Assembly (NCBI GenBank): GCA_951406725.2 | Contig: OX597814.1 | Span: 84,258,001 to 84,322,000 of the forward strand | Direction: 5' to 3' | DNA length: 64,000 nt | From: Octopus vulgaris | Taxonomy: Eukaryota | Shown here: positions 1-13,929 of the stretch, one piece after another | Position numbering within the stretch: the stretch's first letter is position 1 | How the letters are laid out: each line of letters opens with the position of its first letter | The notes under the pieces: generated by a model | Told to the model about the DNA's origin: nothing | Databases searched by the model: none | Seen by the model: the letters and a program-made list of their open reading frames with translations, nothing else | Made by a program: the position numbers and the translations under genes

Positions 1-74
1 AACAGGGGACCCGAAATGATAAGGTTGAGAAACGCTGTTATAGATTATATTATGCCTAACCGAAAACGATCACG

Positions 75-121
75 GCCACATCATCCAAACAGACCGGGTG
101 AAACCGGGCTTAGCTGCTAGT
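75..121 (+). mobile_element. Helitron-like 3' terminus (hairpin + CTAG|T)
   Basis: ccgg-gtgaaa-ccgg hairpin followed about 10 nt later by CTAG|T. The same ~47 bp recurs at 57094-57140. Confidence 0.6.
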
Positions 122-661
122 TACATATAATAGTATGCATTCGTTCGACCCTGCTGATTCACTTGGTCGTTATCCTCTGTTTCTCGCTTCAATACGTTCG
201 TTTACTCCACAAAATGTGAATCCATACAAGGAACACTTCCAAGAAGATGAAATAAACGTACTCAGCACAGAGCTTGATACGAAACACAGCTACTGGTGTG
301 AAGAGACTTTAACTCCTAAATTATTTGTATATAAGGATAGTATAGAGTTAACTGATTTAGATAAACGTCATTTGTAATGTTGACAGATCAGGCTAGGTCA
401 GTGTTTCTCTTGGCAGAAGAATCTGAGAGAATTGACAAGGGGCTGACAAATTGCCGTGTTTAATATAATTAAGATAGCCTCCAGCTTTTTTAAATATGTC
501 CAACACCATAATCAAAAAATAAAAATACAGAACTAAGTAGATGAAACTCTGTTCTGTCTTCTCATCAATAACTGGCGGTAAGGATGGGGTAAAAAAATTC
601 ACACGTACACACACATACAAATTAATATATGTACACATGTATGAGAGTGTGTGTGTGTTTA

Positions 662-1722
<1,061 letters not shown>

Positions 1723-2380
1723 CCATAAACCCATGTCTTATTAACAATGATGATGATCTTCATGAAATTTGGGTTGTGGTTTGCATCGTCCAACATGTCC
1801 TGAGTGATTTCCATGCGGAGTTGCTTCTGGAGCTCCGCCAGCACCTTGGGGACGAATTACATCGGTACTCTCCTCATGCACAAATCCTTCGTTAAAATGG
1901 AATGCATTGATTCTGTGATTATTCTCACTTTGTGAGCAATTTACTGGATTGTTTTTACGACGATGTTTTATGACTATTCACCAAACGTTCTCAATCGACT
2001 CCTCGTTTCGGCTGACGGATGGCCTGTCTGAGCATACCTCGCTCTCCACCAAGATGCGGCCATGTTTGAAGAGATTATACTACACTTTGACCTGAGTTTT
2101 GCCCATGACATCATCGCCAAAGGCCTGTTGAATCTTCTGAAAGCTTTTGGCGAAACTTGATGCAATATCTCTGCTCGATGCGTTCGGTGAAAACGAAAAT
2201 CCGACGAGTGCGCATTACACGTCTGCACTTAGGTGTAACAGCAAAGAACTGACACAACCTATCGGCGTGAAAATTTTCATGCATGCGCAGGAAGGGTGTT
2301 GTTATCTCTAACCCAAAGGATTTTGCCCTCTTGGCATTAGTTTTGGCGGGAAAAATTAATCGGATACTTTTTGAACGCAC

Positions 2381-2384
<4 letters not shown>
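1723..2384 (-). mobile_element. 5' half of a DD34D mariner element (left TIR, HTH region to first catalytic motif), decayed
   Basis: End TGAGGTGCGTTCAAAAAGTATCCG next to (TA)n. Reads IEQRYCIKF.QKL and QKQLRMEI.QDMLD..N.NPNFMK.II...TWVYG (degenerate TGDETWVY). Confidence 0.85.
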
Positions 2385-2446
<62 letters not shown>

Positions 2447-2451
<5 letters not shown>

Positions 2452-3242
2452 GAAATATTAAAATTACTAAGTCTCTCTAAAGGAGATTACGGCAGCGGTA
2501 CTGGAAATTAATAGTTATCGCCATACTAATATGGTAGTCTTATAAATATAAGACTAAAGCTGTCGCTGATTAGCTCCAAGAGGCCACCGCCTCAAGCTAG
2601 CTATTTGACACACAACCTGCGTCCATTACAAACCTTCGAACAAGGGAGGTCAGCCGCTTCATCCTGCCAGTCAGACAGCTACAGACATGTTTCAGGGTTG
2701 TTGCCCCTTATCTATCTGACTGGCAGGATGAAGCGGCTGACCTCCCTTGTTCAAAGGTTTGTAATGGACGCAGGTTGTGTGTCAAATAGCTAGCTTGAGG
2801 CGGTGGCCTCTTGGAGCTAATCAGCGACAGCTTTAGTCTTATATTTATAAGGCTGCCATATTAGTATGGCGATAACTATTAATTTCCAGTAACGCTGCCG
2901 TAATCTCCTTTAGAGAGACTTAGTAATTTTAATATTTCTATTATTGAAAACAAGTGGATGTATTCCACTGAAACTCGGTAAATAAAGCCTTCGAACTGGG
3001 ACGATCAGTAGCGACACCTGCAAGTCTGACTACGCTGCATTGATAAGGAGCAACAACCCTGAAACATGTCTGTAGCTGTCTGACTGGCAGGATGAAGCGG
3101 CTGACCTCCCTTGTTCGAAGGTTTGTAATGGACGCAGGTTGTGTGTCAAATAGCTAGCTTGAGGCGGTGGCCTCTTGGAGCTAATCAGCGACAGCTTTAG
3201 TCTTATATTTATAAGACTACCATATTAGTATGGCGATAACTA

Positions 3243-3247
<5 letters not shown>
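2447..3247 (+). mobile_element. ORF-less HHR-containing element (retrozyme / non-autonomous PLE); 364-bp direct repeat plus 5' inverted copy
   Basis: 2715 onward repeats at 3079 (period 364). 2447-2712 is an inverted copy of the unit. Contains an HHR and is flanked by (TA)n on both sides. Confidence 0.85.
3034..3076 (+). ncRNA. Minimal type-I hammerhead ribozyme (U3-A8 variant, GUC site after 3070)
   Basis: GCUGCA-UUGAUAA-GGAG caacaa CCCU-GAAA-CAUG-UC-UGUAGC: 6-bp stem I and palindromic stem III ACAUGU. Stem II is GGGG/CCCU in the inverted copy. Confidence 0.85.
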
Positions 3248-3297
<50 letters not shown>

Positions 3298-3531
3298 TAT
3301 AAATAATAAATAAATAAAACATATGCATATATGTACGTACATACCTCTACATATATATATACATGCATATATGGGTACAGGACACCAAAAAAACGTCGAA
3401 CACAATGAGAAACGAAAACATAAACACAAAACCAAGGAAATGGACATTTTTTAAAAACAACGAAAAAATAGAGTACAGGACATACAAAACAAGGAAAATT
3501 CCCCTTCTTCAGTCGCCTTAATTTTTATCTA

Positions 3532-3624
<93 letters not shown>

Positions 3625-3824
3625 AGCATACATATGTGTGTGTGTGTTTAAATAGTTATCGGTAATTTTATTGCAATAAAGTGTTTCCTGATGATCTTTT
3701 GTGTTTGAACATCCAAGTGCACTTTGAACACCTAATGCAAGGCTCCCAACAGCCATAATAGCGAATTGCGCCCACGAACTTTAATATAAACTCATGTTTA
3801 TCCTTATTTCTCATATGTGTGTAC

Positions 3825-3875
<51 letters not shown>

Positions 3876-3967
3876 CATATATATATAAACATATATGTAT
3901 AAATATATATGTATATACATATATATATATATATATATATGTATATAAACATATATATATAAATATA

Positions 3968-4052
<85 letters not shown>

Positions 4053-5995
4053 TGGTTAGCAACAACTTCAACAGTATCGAAACAAATGAAGGAGGGAGAG
4101 GACAGTACTACAAATATAACAACAACAAAAAACAATAACTGTTGTAACCACCACAATAGGCGGGATGAGAAATGTTAGCTACTTGAAGGTAGATTATTGT
4201 GTAAAAAAAGTGAAAGAAAATACAAGTTATCTTATAATAAATGTAATAAAAAGAAATAACACCCAGCCTGTATAGCATAGAAAACATCATGTCGGCCGAC
4301 AACAAGCTCAATATGAACGAACCCATCGACCTTTCTAAAGTACCAGCGTCTATAACAAGCAGATTATCGAGCTGGGCGTGGATGTTATGGACTTCACTTA
4401 ACCACCGTGTGGTCCTCACAAGCAAAACCACCCGCACCACCACCAAAATTCCTCCTGTGCTTCACCACCCATTTGTTGTATGTATTATAAATGCTTGACC
4501 TTGTCCCTTCCCGCCACGTCCCTCTAAGGGTAGCTTAACGTTACAAACCAACTACAATAATATCCTTCAGGTGTGTGGAAGATGTGGAGCAAGTGTTATG
4601 GAGATGTTTTGTATATGTGTGTGCGTTTGTTTCGCATCCATAGGCGTGTGTGTATGTGTATTTGTGCACACATATGTGTTTATGCGCACGTATGTTTGTA
4701 CAATGATGTGACGGTGTGTTGGTGTTTTATGTGTTGGGAGGGGTTCTTATTGTATATATGTCGGTGGGAGGCATGGATGGGTATTTGTGTATATAAAAAA
4801 ATGGAAGGAAAGTGATTGCGAAAAGAAAATAAAAGCCTGTATTTCCCACTTTTCTCATGTTTTTTTTCGGATGGTTGGTAAAACGTGTGCCTTCATAGGT
4901 GTGTATGTGTTTGTGTGCTTGTGTGAATTTAGAAATACTTTCTCCCTCCTCACATATACATACCCATCTTTATTTCTACTGCTCACCACAAATCTGTGTG
5001 TTTTTGTAATTCCTGTTCATCCCTTGATCAGCCCAAGTAAAGCCTATAATAAAAGGCTTTCCAGCAATAACCATCCTGTTATGTGCCAATTTTTCTGTTT
5101 ATTTTTTATATTTTAGATGTAATGTATCTTTTTTTTTAAGTCGGTAAAGCATAATTTGAGGGAAATTTGATTGTTTGTTCTAGCAAGTCAAGCGACCACA
5201 TAGATCAGCACTTCTCAACCTTTTAACACTTAGGAAACCTTTGAACTATATCCTGTGTCTCAGAGGACCCTCATACGAAAAAAAAACTTAATTATCTTAA
5301 TCATTTTCTTTCTCCTACATACAGCTAAATTTCCCAACAGGTTGAACAAATGATAGAAGACCCTTTGACAGTGAGATAAAAAAAAAGTTTAAGGAATTTC
5401 GTCTTAATCAGAACCTTGTTTAGACCAAATTCCTTTACAATTCCTCACTAAAAAGTAATTTTCCCGTGAAATATCTTTACAACAGATACTTAAAAGTTAA
5501 TTAGAGCTATGACAACAATGCCTATATACAAGAAATAGAATCAAGTGAAGGAATCTCAAATATATCACTCAAAATATATAGTACTGTAATCTGGGACATA
5601 AGCTTATTTTTCGATATTCTGAAATACATCTTATCAGATCATGATTGAATTTTAGTAATAAAGTTGTTCTTATACAACATATCCGGGGATAGGCGGTGAG
5701 CTGACAGTAAAAATACCAAACGTATTACTTTCTGTGTTAAAATCTGTCGATGTTGGTTTTGCCTTTCATCATTCTGGGGTCGATAAAATGAAGTATCTAT
5801 AAACTTATGTAGGTAGAAATTCAGCCCTGGGTGGGGAGCGGGGAAACTCAAGGGCTGCCCTTTGAGACAAACATTCAAGCTACGCCATTGTTTTTTTGGT
5901 CTCTAATATGGTACGGATTGGTCCTCTCAAATTTCAAGGATACCAAGCATTTCTTTTTCTTTTCTTATTTTTTTGGTGGCCCACCAGGTAGTGAA

Positions 5996-6094
<99 letters not shown>

Positions 6095-6482
6095 TCGGCA
6101 TCAGAGGCTTTGACAAATGTACTGGCTGCACCATCCTTTCAATAGGTCTTATTCATTTTTGTTATTTTAGGGATTAAATAATAGACTTTCGAATATTCAG
6201 CCAGCTATTTTCTCAAGAATTGATAATTAATATATTAAATCAACTTCAAAATGTAAAGGGCTCAGAAAAAAACATAAAACCGTTTAATGTAAATGAAGTA
6301 ATTGTTAGAACAATTAAAAGAAACGAAACAAAGATCGGATTCGGTATAACTGCTTGACCTACAATAACTTTTAAATACATACATATTTAATAAAATATGG
6401 AAACAATGGGAAAAGCTTTATTTTGAATGTAAGATAAACACAGTATTATCACAACGTGTGTATGTGTGTGTGAATGTGTGCG

Positions 6483-6521
<39 letters not shown>

Positions 6522-7023
6522 GTGTGTGTGTTAAATACTCGAAATTTCATGAACATAAATACTATAAAGTATTTACAATTGACTTTTCAAACGTACTCGA
6601 ATAACCGAAACCAGCACTGAAATAGTAATTTGAAATTAATTAACTTAAAGAAATAAGCTGTTATAATGATTATAGGAATAAGTATATCATAATTATAACG
6701 AAAACATATCATTCGTTCTAGGCAATTAGCGATAATGCTCAATAGCAAAAAATCTTCAGGTTTAGAGCAATGGTATAATATATTTTTACAACCAATACGA
6801 GAAAGCACACAAAAAAATAAAACCAAGTGATATATTGAAATAAATAGATTATGTTTCCACTAAGCAAAAGTTCATAGAAGTATATGAACACGCAATGCCT
6901 TCGTCAATGAAACAACAAAGGAGATCGCATGAGTATTTTATTGAGTACTGTTGATATCGTGACTGAGAAGGCGGAGATATATGGAAACAATCGAAATATC
7001 CTTTCTACTACAGACACAAGACC

Positions 7024-7737
7024 TGAAATTTGAGGCGGTAAGAGTTAGTCGATTACATTGATCCCAGTACTTTACTAGTATTATTATTATCACCACCACC
7101 ACCACCCAAAAAATGAAAGGCAAAGTCTACTTAGACAAAATTTGAACTCAGGTGGTAATGACGGACGAAATGCCGCTAAGCATTTTGTCCGGCCATCTCA
7201 CCGCCTTGGAAACAGTTGAAATAGAGGTTTCAAATTTTGGCACAAGGTCAGAAAGTTCGGGAGAGGGGCTTAGCCGACTACATCGACCCCAGTGCCCAAC
7301 TGGTATCTATTTTATCGACTCTGAAAGGATGAAAGGCAAAGTCCACCTCGGTGGAATTTGAACTCAGAACGTAAGGACAAACGAAATGCCATTAAACATT
7401 TTGCCCAGCGATCTAACGATTCTGTCGGCTCGCTGGCTTAGTGGACTGAACAAACGTGAAATAAAATGTCTTGCTCAAGGACACAATTGCGTCATCTGAG
7501 ATGGAAACTCACATTCTTACGATTGTGAGCGAATAGCCTAACCACCAAGCCACGGGCATTCACTAAACAGTCGAAATATTGATTTCAAATTTGATACAAG
7601 ACCAGCAATTACGGGGGCGAGGTAACTCGATTTAATCGACCACAGTACTCAACTTGTACCTATTTTATCAACCTTGGCGGATTTGAACTTAGACTATAAA
7701 AACGGACGAAATGCCACAAATAACTTTATCCGGCATA
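7024..7737 (-). mobile_element. Cluster of 3-4 tRNA-derived SINE copies/fragments
   Basis: Repeated reverse complements of the B-box GAGTTCAAAT and of the central GCCTTTCATCCTTTC.GAGTCGATAAA block. Homologous to 39440-39642. Confidence 0.8.
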
Positions 7738-8276
7738 CGGAGACCAAAATTTTTAAAAGATGGAGTTCAACATTAATCTACAGAGATTAGCTATTGTGTT
7801 TAATTACAAAAATTGCAGCCGTTGCTCAAAGTCAAGTAAGATTTGGTAGTACGTACCAAGTTAGCACTAATTGTGTTATATGACCATGTAGCCATTAGCA
7901 AACATAGACATCCTGTCGATTCTTGATTCAGTGGAACATTCAGGAGCAAAGATGGCAAGAAAGAGATGGAGAACATGGTTGTTGTTGCATCTTACGTTCT
8001 TTATACCATCTTTCCCACCGATTTCAGTATAGAAGTAACCAGTAGTTTGATCAACTGGATGAGCTGCCCGTTGAATATTCTGTAGATATATGTACCCATA
8101 ATGTAATGTTTTGGAAGAATGTGACAAAACTCTACCATTGAATTGCTTCCGTCTACTCGTATCTCTCACAAGGCTTGGATCGACCCGAAGCCAAAGTAAA
8201 GACACTGAAATGAGATCGAACCAAGGACCTCGTGGCTATGAAGAGAACTTCTTAACCAATCAGTTATTGCTGCCTC

Positions 8277-8342
<66 letters not shown>

Positions 8343-10114
8343 TGAGTGAGTGAGTGAGTGTGTGTTTGAGTGCGTGCGCGTGCGCCGCGTATGTGTACAG
8401 AAAGAAAGAGAACGAAAGAAAGAAAGGGACTGTGAGAGGGGTAGAGAGACGGAAAGATATCTGAACCCCGTTACTTTTCCAACTTCTCTCTTCTCGTTCT
8501 AATTTCTTCACTGTCTTCCTACACCTTTCACTTTACTTACTTTCTTCGTTTGTTCCCTCACATGTGCCTCTTCCCGTCGCTCTCATCTTCAATAGTTTAA
8601 CTATTAGCCCCTCCTTGTATCAATTTATCTCGGTGGTGGCTTGGTTGGTGCAATGTGGAGCTGGTAAATGAAGATATATTTCGTTGGGCGCGTGAATAAT
8701 AACTGAAGCACACTCGCGAAATATTTATTGCTGAACATAAAGATATTGGTGTTGGCTATTTACAATGAACAACATAAATGTTTGCTGACTGGGAACGAGA
8801 TAGACTGCTCTGAAATTATAGAAAGTTTTCTGTGAGACAACATGCAGTTGGTCCAAAAACATACGAAGTCAAGTGCGCAAACCTCCGTGGTGAAAGAGGC
8901 CCTTGGCCGTTTGCCCTTGGCTGTCTGGCCTTGGCCGTCTGAGCAAATGTCTTGAACCGTTAGAGTGGCAAGAATGGAATCGCATGTTGCTCAACCGCCT
9001 TCAACATTCTGCGATAAATCTTGCGGCAAAACATCCTTTTATAGGGGTACAAGAACATTCTAGAAAACTACATCACGACACAGCTTCACGCTGACTGGTT
9101 ACTTAAATGACCAATCATGTGAAATTGTGGTGGTTCGCTCGTCGTGTTTAACTGATTATATAGTAATTGAGGTTTCGAATCACAGCTACAAATTCCTTCT
9201 TTTTTTTCTCTCAACATTTTATTCAATAAGCCGTTTTTGTTTCTCTGGCTAACAAGTCGAATTTTCCAGACCAAAATTGACTGCCAAAAAAGGTAGCAAG
9301 ACATATACACCAAGACGACTTTGGAGAATCAAAAATTCTATGTGAAATGCAGCAGGATTTGGAAAGATTGTGATGAAGTTTGAATGTTTACATATTAACG
9401 CTATATACCACGTCGACTTGAATGAGGTAAATACTGTAATATCTTCTTTCATCAACCCGTCCAACGTGTCATTTACTCTCTTTCTCTCTATGTATATATA
9501 TTTCTCTGTCTGCCTCTTTCTCTCTCTTTCGTTCCCTCATATTATCTCCTTCACCTATGATTAAGCAACACTTTTCTACTACTCATTCCCCACACTACAT
9601 TTTCGCTCCATTTTCACTTTCTCTCCACCGCCACTTTTTCACACCCTTCCCTTCGAATCTCACTCATAACCTCAACAGCCTCTTATTCGCTCAATCGCTC
9701 GTCTCAATGATTCTTCACTCCATTCATGACCAACATAAACACTAACACATATGCACAGTGTTACTCCTTTTCCCTCCACTTTCAAACCTCTCTCCATCAT
9801 ACTCTTTCTCTTTCTCATCCTTACACAGTCATCACACTCTTACTCAATGTCTCCAGCCTTCTCATTCACTCTTTACTTCATTCTCACTCACTCCCACATC
9901 TACAAATATAAATCCATTACATCCAATGTAATCTAGTAACTATAACTTCAGGCCATTTTAGTTCACGAGGTCAAATGAGTTGAAGGTGAAGGTCACATGA
10001 CTGTTTAATCTCCCACTCAACTACCTAACTACTGCTTCGCCACATTCACACCTGAAGACATCTCTATTTTTCACACCCATTTTCTTCTTCTTTCTCGTAT
10101 TCTTCCTCACCTAT

Positions 10115-10145
<31 letters not shown>

Positions 10146-10427
10146 CACTCACAGTCCATATTACAAGAACACTCCGCATTACTGGAGTAACACGTCTCTG
10201 AAAAAACTTATAATGTAAAATCACGTAAAGCAAAATTAATTTTCTAGTTGATTTTCAAGTTATAAAATGATAAAGCGTTCCAACGGATTTTTTCGGGGAG
10301 CGGGGCAGAAGTAGCAAAAAAACGTAACATGATCATTTTACTGTATGAACATAACACTTTCTAAACGAACACAATGCAACACACACACACACAGACACAC
10401 ACCCAGATAAATATATTCATATTTACG

Positions 10428-10585
10428 ATATGCTTCTTTTAGTTTCCGTCTACGAAATCCACTTACAAGGCTTTGCTCGAGGATATAGTAGAAGATACTT
10501 GCCCAAGGTGGCACCTAGAGGGACTGAACGCCGAACCATGTGGTTTGGAAGTAAGCATCTCACAATACAGCCACATCTGCGCCTG
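10428..10585 (-). mobile_element. tRNA-derived SINE head (family B)
   Basis: Minus strand GTGGCTGTATTGTGAGATGCTT...GGCGTTCAGTCCC...ACCTTGGGCAAG...AAGCCTTGTAAGTGGATTT, homologous to 26340 and 31370. Confidence 0.7.
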
Positions 10586-10613
10586 TATATATATATATAT
10601 ATATATTTGCATG

Positions 10614-10644
<31 letters not shown>

Positions 10645-10647
10645 ATG

Positions 10648-10712
<65 letters not shown>

Positions 10713-10918
10713 GAGCGGTATTGGTACCCAGAAAACCCAAGGTGGCAGGTAACCCCATGTAAGTACTATAGAAGTACCGTAGTTAAACTCTCGGTTCGAT
10801 AATGATACGAGAGAAGAGTTTAATGCGACTCTTGTATGAGCATGTATATGTTAAATAAAATGCAACAAAAAATCCAAGGATGTGTGGAATTTTCAGGACA
10901 TTTATAAAGAGAAAGTTA

Positions 10919-10966
10919 GTCTTACAGCTGTTTCTGGGATGTTAGGGATATCCTTTCATCAGAGAC
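10919..10966 (-). ncRNA. Minimal type-I hammerhead ribozyme in a PLE-like remnant
   Basis: GUCU-CUGAUGA-a(a)GGAU..AUCC(ca)-GAAA-CAGCUG-UA-AGAC: canonical core, stem I GUCU/AGAC, palindromic stem III ACAGCUGU. The 10.1-11.1 pair is non-canonical. Confidence 0.75.
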
Positions 10967-11268
10967 GATGTGAGATGGTTAGATAGAGGGAACTATTAAA
11001 GTTCAATAAGTGTGTGTATGTGCGCGCGTGTGTAAAATGTGTGAATATTTTTTATGTATTTATGTACGTGTATGTTTGTCCCCCTCACTTTATTTGACAA
11101 CCAGTGTCGGTTTATTTACGTCCCCATAACTTAGTGATTTGACAAAAAAAGACCTACAGCATAAGTACCGAGCTTTAGAAAATAAGTACTGGAGTTGATA
11201 GTCTAATGATGGAAACAAGTAAAATACAAAAGATATACATACATACATACATACATACATACATACAT

Positions 11269-11299
<31 letters not shown>

Positions 11300-11304
11300 T
11301 ACAT

Positions 11305-11344
<40 letters not shown>

Positions 11345-11663
11345 ACATACATACATACATACATACATACATACATACATACATACATACATACATACAC
11401 AAACGCTGCTCCTTTAAATGGAAATATTACTAGTCATTGTTGTTTGTGGCACGAAGCAAAGCAAACCTTGCCGTCACTCAAGAAAACACATTGTAAATAA
11501 TCCGCAAGGATTCACGCAAGCTGAGTCCTCAACTTTTATCTTTGTCAAAAAGTTTGCAAGTCACCAGCAGGCCCCAAGAGATACATTCGTGTCCATAGAA
11601 ATATGATTATCACTTTATTTTACTAAACCGTCATTTGTCGTTCACGATGACGGACCCATCATG

Positions 11664-11722
<59 letters not shown>

Positions 11723-12048
11723 ATACTGTACATACATACATGTCCCGCGTAGCATAAAACCGCCCAACATTAACCTTGGTACCTGGGAACTCGGGAGGCA
11801 AAGAGACAACGGGTAACTCCAGAAACGGTCCCATAGCGATTAGAATTAAATGAACAAAACTAACAGGATTAAGTTGTATCTTAATCCAACATCCACTCAT
11901 GAAGCACCAATCATTAAGTGGCACATCTGAAATCGAGGTTTTGAGTCGAGGACTGAAGTCCAAACTCACTTCGGGAGGTACTTTTCCATTGGAGCCTTTC
12001 ATAGTCTCCAAGACTAGCGAATGCCACCTATAAACACATACATGCACT

Positions 12049-12086
<38 letters not shown>

Positions 12087-12149
12087 ACTGCGTGTGCGTA
12101 TGTATGTGTATGTGTGTGCGTGTATGTGTACTTGGGTTTTTTTTTTAAT

Positions 12150-12447
12150 TTTTACTTGTTTCAGTCATTAGACTGCAGCCATTCTGGGGCACCGCATTGA
12201 AGAATTTTAGTCGAATGAATGGACCCTAGTAGTTATTTTTATTAAGCATAGTACATATTCTGTCGGTCTCTCTTGCCGAACCGCTAGTTTACGGGGATAT
12301 GAACACACCAGCATCGATTGTCGAGGCTATAGCCTCGGTCGGTCCGAGCCTTTAGCAGAAGACACTTGGCCAAGATTCCACAGAATAGGACTGAACCCGG
12401 AACCATGTGGTTGAAAAGCAAGCTTCTTACCACATAGCCACACCAGC
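12150..12447 (-). mobile_element. tRNA-derived SINE (family B)
   Basis: Minus strand GTGTGGCTATGTGGTAAGAAGCTTGC...CCGGGTTCAGTCC head, and the tail ..CCAGAATGGCTGCAGTCTAATGACTGAAACAAGTAAAA shared with other copies. Confidence 0.8.
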
Positions 12448-12623
12448 TATTGGAATTAGTAGTTGAAATTTTCAGTTTATGACAAACTTCATAAGTTCAG
12501 AAAAGTGAAATCAGAAAAGGCAATTTGTGAAGTTTCAGCTTTCAATAAAGTAACGCTTGACTTTTGATACTGAGTGGTCTCTTTTCTCCTTGAGTTCACA
12601 CTCAAGTGTTTATGTACATTCAT

Positions 12624-12649
<26 letters not shown>

Positions 12650-12657
<8 letters not shown>

Positions 12658-13870
12658 TAAGCAAGAGGATATCAAGAGGTGATGCAGTACGACCATTTCA
12701 AACGGCTCCATTTAATTGAACAATACAATCATTACATCAGTTTAAATGCAGAACTATCCTCAGGTGCATAAATGAATAGAATTTTTAATCAGTTAGACAC
12801 ATTAATATAATTTTACTCAAATGCTCTGATAGAGCAAGAAGACGGACCGAGTCCATGTTGCCACTAATGTAGCTAAGAATATACTACACTTCTAAGAATT
12901 GTATGAAGTTTGTTGGGGTCATAGCTTGTAAAGGATTGTGGTTCATTTTTAATTTATTAGGTTTTTTTTATCTACAACCAAATCTAAGACTAGAGGACTG
13001 TGCCTGTTTAGAATGGAAGGCAGGAGTGAGTTGACAGTACATAGCTGGGTATGGTCATAAATATTGTCAAGATTTTTCTAGGATTATAAAGTAACTGTCT
13101 ATAAAGGAAGCTGGGTAGGGGGAAGATCTCAAATCAGGATGTTAATTACCAGTTAAAGGAACAAGAAGCTAATAAGACCTATGATTTTAATACAGAGGAA
13201 ATTATCATGCGGTACTATAGGTGATTGTATATAAACAATGTTGTTATGTTGCATAAAGATAAAATTTAAGATTATTAAAAATGTTATTATAACCAAAATA
13301 GATAAAATGTGTATACATACCAATTTTCAACATTAGAAAGGGAAAGTTACATAGAATTTGTTTAATATTCATTCATGTACTTATTTATTTACTTGTTAGG
13401 TGGTTTCTATAAAGACTGCTCCGGGTATTTACTTATGGAATACTGGGGCGATAAATCATGCTATCTATATATTAATTATTAGCTAAGAATCAGAAGAAAA
13501 AAAACGGGGAAAAAAATAAGTTGTGTACAGATACATACACATATTTAACTATGTGCACACATGCAAATATACACAAATATTTATACTTTATTACGGATAT
13601 GGTATAATCAACTCTCATAGACTTAAGTAATTAGAAAGTTTATATCTCTATTTAAGAACAGTAACAATATATAAGGGATAAGTGGTTAATAGGTAAAGAT
13701 ACCAAAATAAGAAAATATTTTAAAGAGACAGGGTATTAAAATTTGAGGTAGGGGAGAGATAAAGATAACCTTACAGAAGAAGCAATAGTAGTGAGGGCAA
13801 TAGGAGGTATTCAGACCGAAGGGGTATTTAATAAGTTATAAAGTTACCTTTGCTAAAGTAACTTTATACC
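12650..13870 (-). mobile_element. Heavily decayed PLE-like remnant
   Basis: Weak RT-like relics on the minus strand (xLDNIY ~YVDDIF; LxLDL ~LPFLD) and a degenerate HHR-like CUGAGGA...(g)AAAC near 12728-12767, ending at (TA)n. Confidence 0.4.
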
Positions 13871-13875
13871 TTTAT

Positions 13876-13929
<54 letters not shown>

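Noticed and set aside
135-377. Short unique ORFs (also 9249-9464, 37308-37502, 42003-42485, 51814-52056)
   Set aside because: No recognisable motif or convincing splice pair; lengths compatible with chance.
3142-3194. Second motif as a twister, pistol or hairpin ribozyme
   Set aside because: Required conserved nucleotides are not present in both elements; left unclassified.
2447-3247. CRISPR-like or LTR-retrotransposon reading of the repeats
   Set aside because: No repeat-spacer periodicity, no TG..CA ends, PBS or PPT; eukaryotic context.
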